From the NCBI RefSeq assembly GCF_009914755.1, contig NC_060942.1: a stretch of DNA of 64,000 nt. One strand, written 5' to 3'. The position numbers were made by a program, and so were the translations under genes. The stretch is from the human T2T-CHM13v2.0 reference genome, Homo sapiens. The stretch's first letter is position 1. Every line of letters begins with the position of its first letter. Of the stretch, positions 59,831 through 64,000 are shown in pieces. The notes beneath the pieces are model-generated. The model searched no databases. It had not been told where the DNA came from and worked only from the letters and a program-made list of their open reading frames with translations.

Positions 59831-60984
59831 AGGAAGGGTGTTAGGCAGGAAGGCTGGATTTAGAAAAAGCCTTGTGTGAGGCTGCAGGAACAGCAGCTTG
59901 GTTTAGAAAGCATTGTTTTTCTGGTTGCATGTGCTTAGGATGATTGGCCAACCCAAGACCCATGGCACACCCCACTGAGCTGCGTCAGTCCTGCCACCTG
60001 GCACCTCCCATGAGCTCTGAAACCCTGCCAGGGGGCTGGTGCCTCCCAGTTGAGAGTGCAGCCTCGCAGGGTGGGAAGGCACCATGGGGAAAAGCAGGAG
60101 AGGGCCCTCAGCAATTTTTTATGACACCAGGCTTCTGTTCAGTGCTTTGGATAATTAAAAACAGACCCCCACCCAGGCCACATCTTTAGTCTAAAACGTA
60201 CTGCGTGTGGATTTTGGAATTGGCTCCTGAGGGACAGGGCGGAAGCACGTTCCTCCGGGACATCTAAACCAGGCTGGAAAGAGTGCTCCTAGAGTATTGT
60301 GTGGAGATGAATCCTCCTCAGGCAGTGCTGGGAGAGATGACCTCATAGGTCCTTCCCATCTGTAATTCCTGTGATGATCCGAACAGATTTTACAGTGTGA
60401 CCAGATTCAGAACACAGGCATTTAAAAAACAAACCAGCCCCTGTGGAGTTACAGACAGATCTTCCTTCTCTATATTTTCAGCCCGAAAATCACCTCTGCT
60501 CTCCCTGATATCTGGGGCTGGCAGCATTCCTTCCTTGGCTTTGTTGGTGGGAGAAGCACTGTCTTCCTGCAGAGATGGCAAAAACACTTTCTAGAGTCCA
60601 CCCTCCCCGGGCCATGGGGTTTACAATCACTTCCTACTGTAGTCCTTCCTGAACAAGGGAGGAGGAAATGAATCCACAGCCCACCATGGCCACCATTGAT
60701 AAACTGGCCCCTGATATAACTAGGGCAGTCAGGGTGGGGCTGCAGACTTCCTGCTTCTCCCTCTTGGAGGCTTGATAACATGTCCTTGGCTTTTTTTTTT
60801 CTCTTGGAGTGAAAACCACAGCAGGGACACACATGTGGTTGTGAGATGGTAGTGATGATGCTGCAATAATAATATTGGTATAGGCCTGGGCTGCGTTTGT
60901 CCAAACTTCATTCATTTGACAAATATTTCTCACTAGAATAGTATCAATTCATCTATGTATCACTAAAGTCTTCGAAGGTAAGAA

Positions 60985-61250
60985 TCTTTAATTTGCTTAC
61001 TGCTGTATCCCCAGGCTTGTAATTTGCTCTCAGTAAATATTTGTTGAATGGATGAGTGAGTGAATGAGTGAACCATGTCCTATGGCACACTGTTTTGGGT
61101 TTCACTCTAGGTTCTGAGCCTTCATTTCCTCTTCTGAGAAATGGGAATAACAATGCCACCTCCTCGGGAGGTGGTGGTGATGAAATCCCTTGGTCACGTG
61201 CCTAGCACAGCACCAGGACTCAGGAGGCCTTGACTGAGTCCTTATCGTCC
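60985..61250 (+). mobile_element. L2 3' end followed by a MIR fragment
   Basis: actgctgtatcccca...ctcagtaaatatttgttgaatggatgagtgagtgaat; then tttcctcttctgagaaatgggaataa. Confidence 0.7.
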
Positions 61251-62997
61251 TTCTCCTGATGCGCATTCTGGACTGTGCAGCTCCCGGAGGGTTGAGCCAG
61301 GCTGGGAAGACACAAGAAGGGACGGCTGGCTGTTGATGTGTTCCGCCGTCCCTCCCTTGTACCTGGTGGAGGAAGCTGGCTGTGCCTATACTAAGTCATC
61401 AATCTTTTTTCAGGCCACACACCTGGAACTGTGTGCACTGAGAGGCATCCGCTCCAGCAGCAGCTGGTTCATCTTATAGCTACAGCCCAGACACACAGAG
61501 AATTTAGAAACAGGAGGAGGAGGAGGAGGTTTTTCTTCCTCTCCACAAAGTCTGAAGCCCCCACTTTTATTATGTGCACTAGCATATTGGCTTGGCAACT
61601 GATGTGTTTCTTTTATAGCATTGCTCTGCATAAAACTGCATGATTCCAACTTATGGTACACCAGAGTTTGATTATATTTAAAAGTCAAACATGCAAGATG
61701 TCCATTGTCCACATCAGGGAGGAAGGATAAGCAGCACCATGAATCACTATTCTTTGTACACTTTTATTCCCCAAACTAATTGCTCATTTGCTTAAATAAG
61801 AGGCTCCACTATGAGTGTCTGTCATTAGCAAATGAAAGCTGATTATATTTCATAAGAACGTCGGAACTTCTTAAACCTTATATTTCATACCAGAAACCTA
61901 AGCTGAAATATTTCCATGTAGTGACACTTCTGATGGAGGAAAAATAATTTAAACAAATAATTAGTCTTGAGAATAAAAGTGTACACAAAAGTACAATTAA
62001 TGAATTCACTAATTGTTCTTCCCTGCTGTGGACATAGCTCAAAGTTGAATTTTAAGCTCTTGCATAAATATAAACTACTGTACAAGCCACAAAACGGGAT
62101 GACTCACCATCAGTCATTAATGTTGCCTTAAAGACAAACTCGAGCTCTCGGAGAAAATGCATTCACCTAGGCAGACATAATTTTGAAAATAAAGCAAGTT
62201 TTAGATGATAAACTGGTCTTTGAGTCTTTGGGAAAAAAACACACACACGAGAGATTTGCAAGTTTTAATGCCCTATGTAAATATCAGACAGGCAACATTT
62301 ACCTTACTCAAAATTCCCCATTAGCTGAATAGGAATGAATTTGGTCTGTCCTGACCATGTAGTCAAATGTGTCTACCCTTCCTCTCTATCCCACCCTTTG
62401 CTGAAATGGAAGTAAAATGTGAATTGCAGTGCCTTTTGTCTGTGATATTCTCTATATGTGATGAAGGCAGCTTCTTCCTTTTCCTCCCTGTCCTCCTTTT
62501 CTTCATCTTCATCTTTTCTTCCTGCTTTAATTCCCACATAAGTAGTGTTTTGTGGATTTGCCTAGAAGGCTACAATGTATGGATTGTAAAATAGAAATGG
62601 TTCTCATTTTCCCAGCCTGGGAACAAAAGTAGGAGAAGGCAATAGAGAGATATTCCAGTTAAATTCCTAGCAGAACTGTTGTATATTTTCTTAGAACAAC
62701 AGCAAAAACTTGTATGATGGTTATTTTTTAAATATGGCTCCGAAAGATTCTTATTTCTAATTGTTATATTTTATGTTAAGAAACACCGGAGCAATCATCT
62801 ATAAGCAATGCACTTCAAGGCAAACCTACTTATATATAGAATTGCTCACTTATATCTATGACTTTGACATCTTAAAGGACTCCATGTTGACATCAACCCA
62901 TAAAATGGAACATCCAGACACCCATCACATTGTAGATTTTTCTTTCCTCTCATCTAAACTTTATAATGTAATGAACTGATCTATAATTATAGTCTGA

Positions 62998-63417
<420 letters not shown>

Positions 63418-63909
63418 TGAATGGTCTAAAAAGGAGTTCAACTACTAAATATTATTTGAAAACACTGCTTTGTGAGATTTCGTGGGGTGGGAGGGTGAAG
63501 GCTGTAGAGTAGCAGGGAATGAGAGGAGGGCACAGGGTGGTGGGCAGGAAGTGCCTCTTCTCTCTCCAGCCAGAGCAAATCTCCATGTTGTCTTAGACTA
63601 CCGTGGTCTGGTTCCATGAGGCTGGGGCAGGGAAGTACAATGTAGTAATGCAATTTGCGGGGCTTCATGAAGGGCCCTCTCTCCCCACCAGCATGAGGTT
63701 TAGATTAAAAAGTTTGTTCACCTCTCCCGCTTCTCCCATTGGCTCAGAGCAGAGAAGGGAGGCAGGGAGGGAAAGGGGAGGGAACCGAGGAGAAGGAGGT
63801 GCTCTTGCCTAGGTCTTTACCAGTGACAATGTCAATGAGGTCAGGATCTCTTCAATTTTGTTTGTCCAGACAGTACAGTTCTGGTGATTTTGGTAATTTC
63901 AGCAGAAAA

Positions 63910-64000
63910 GAGGGCCTGCATGATGTGCACGGGAGGAGGCAGGGCAGGGGAGGAAGAGGAGGGCCTGCATGATGTGCATGGGAGGAGGCAGGGCAGGGGA
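63910..64000. repeat. 49-bp G-rich tandem repeat, truncated by the window end
   Basis: gggcctgcatgatgtgca(c/t)gggaggaggcagggcagggga starts at 63912 and 63961. Confidence 0.9.

Overview
This is primate, most likely human, euchromatic DNA: AT-rich and CpG-depleted, with AluJ/S/Y, L1PA, MIR, L2, MaLR and MER41 elements. I found no recognisable protein-coding gene, so the window looks intergenic or deep intronic. Roughly half is transposon-derived, including a full-length but inactivated L1PA5-like LINE-1 (47.5-53.6 kb), about 11 Alus, six LTRs and several DNA-transposon MITEs. The most notable signals are: (1) a recognisable copy of the ancient LF-SINE at about 39.8-40.05 kb, a family whose surviving mammalian copies are often exapted as enhancers or exons; (2) several well-formed + strand splice-bounded exon candidates at 23.7-31.1 kb, with a CpG-enriched promoter-like patch at 8.6-8.9 kb, suggesting a spliced lncRNA with small ORFs; (3) a compound AT-rich palindrome of about 170 bp at 14.4 kb; (4) an in-frame micro-inversion inside L1 ORF2; (5) several nested transposon insertions. 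All repeat family calls come from comparison with remembered consensus sequences, not from a search, and boundaries of old elements are approximate.
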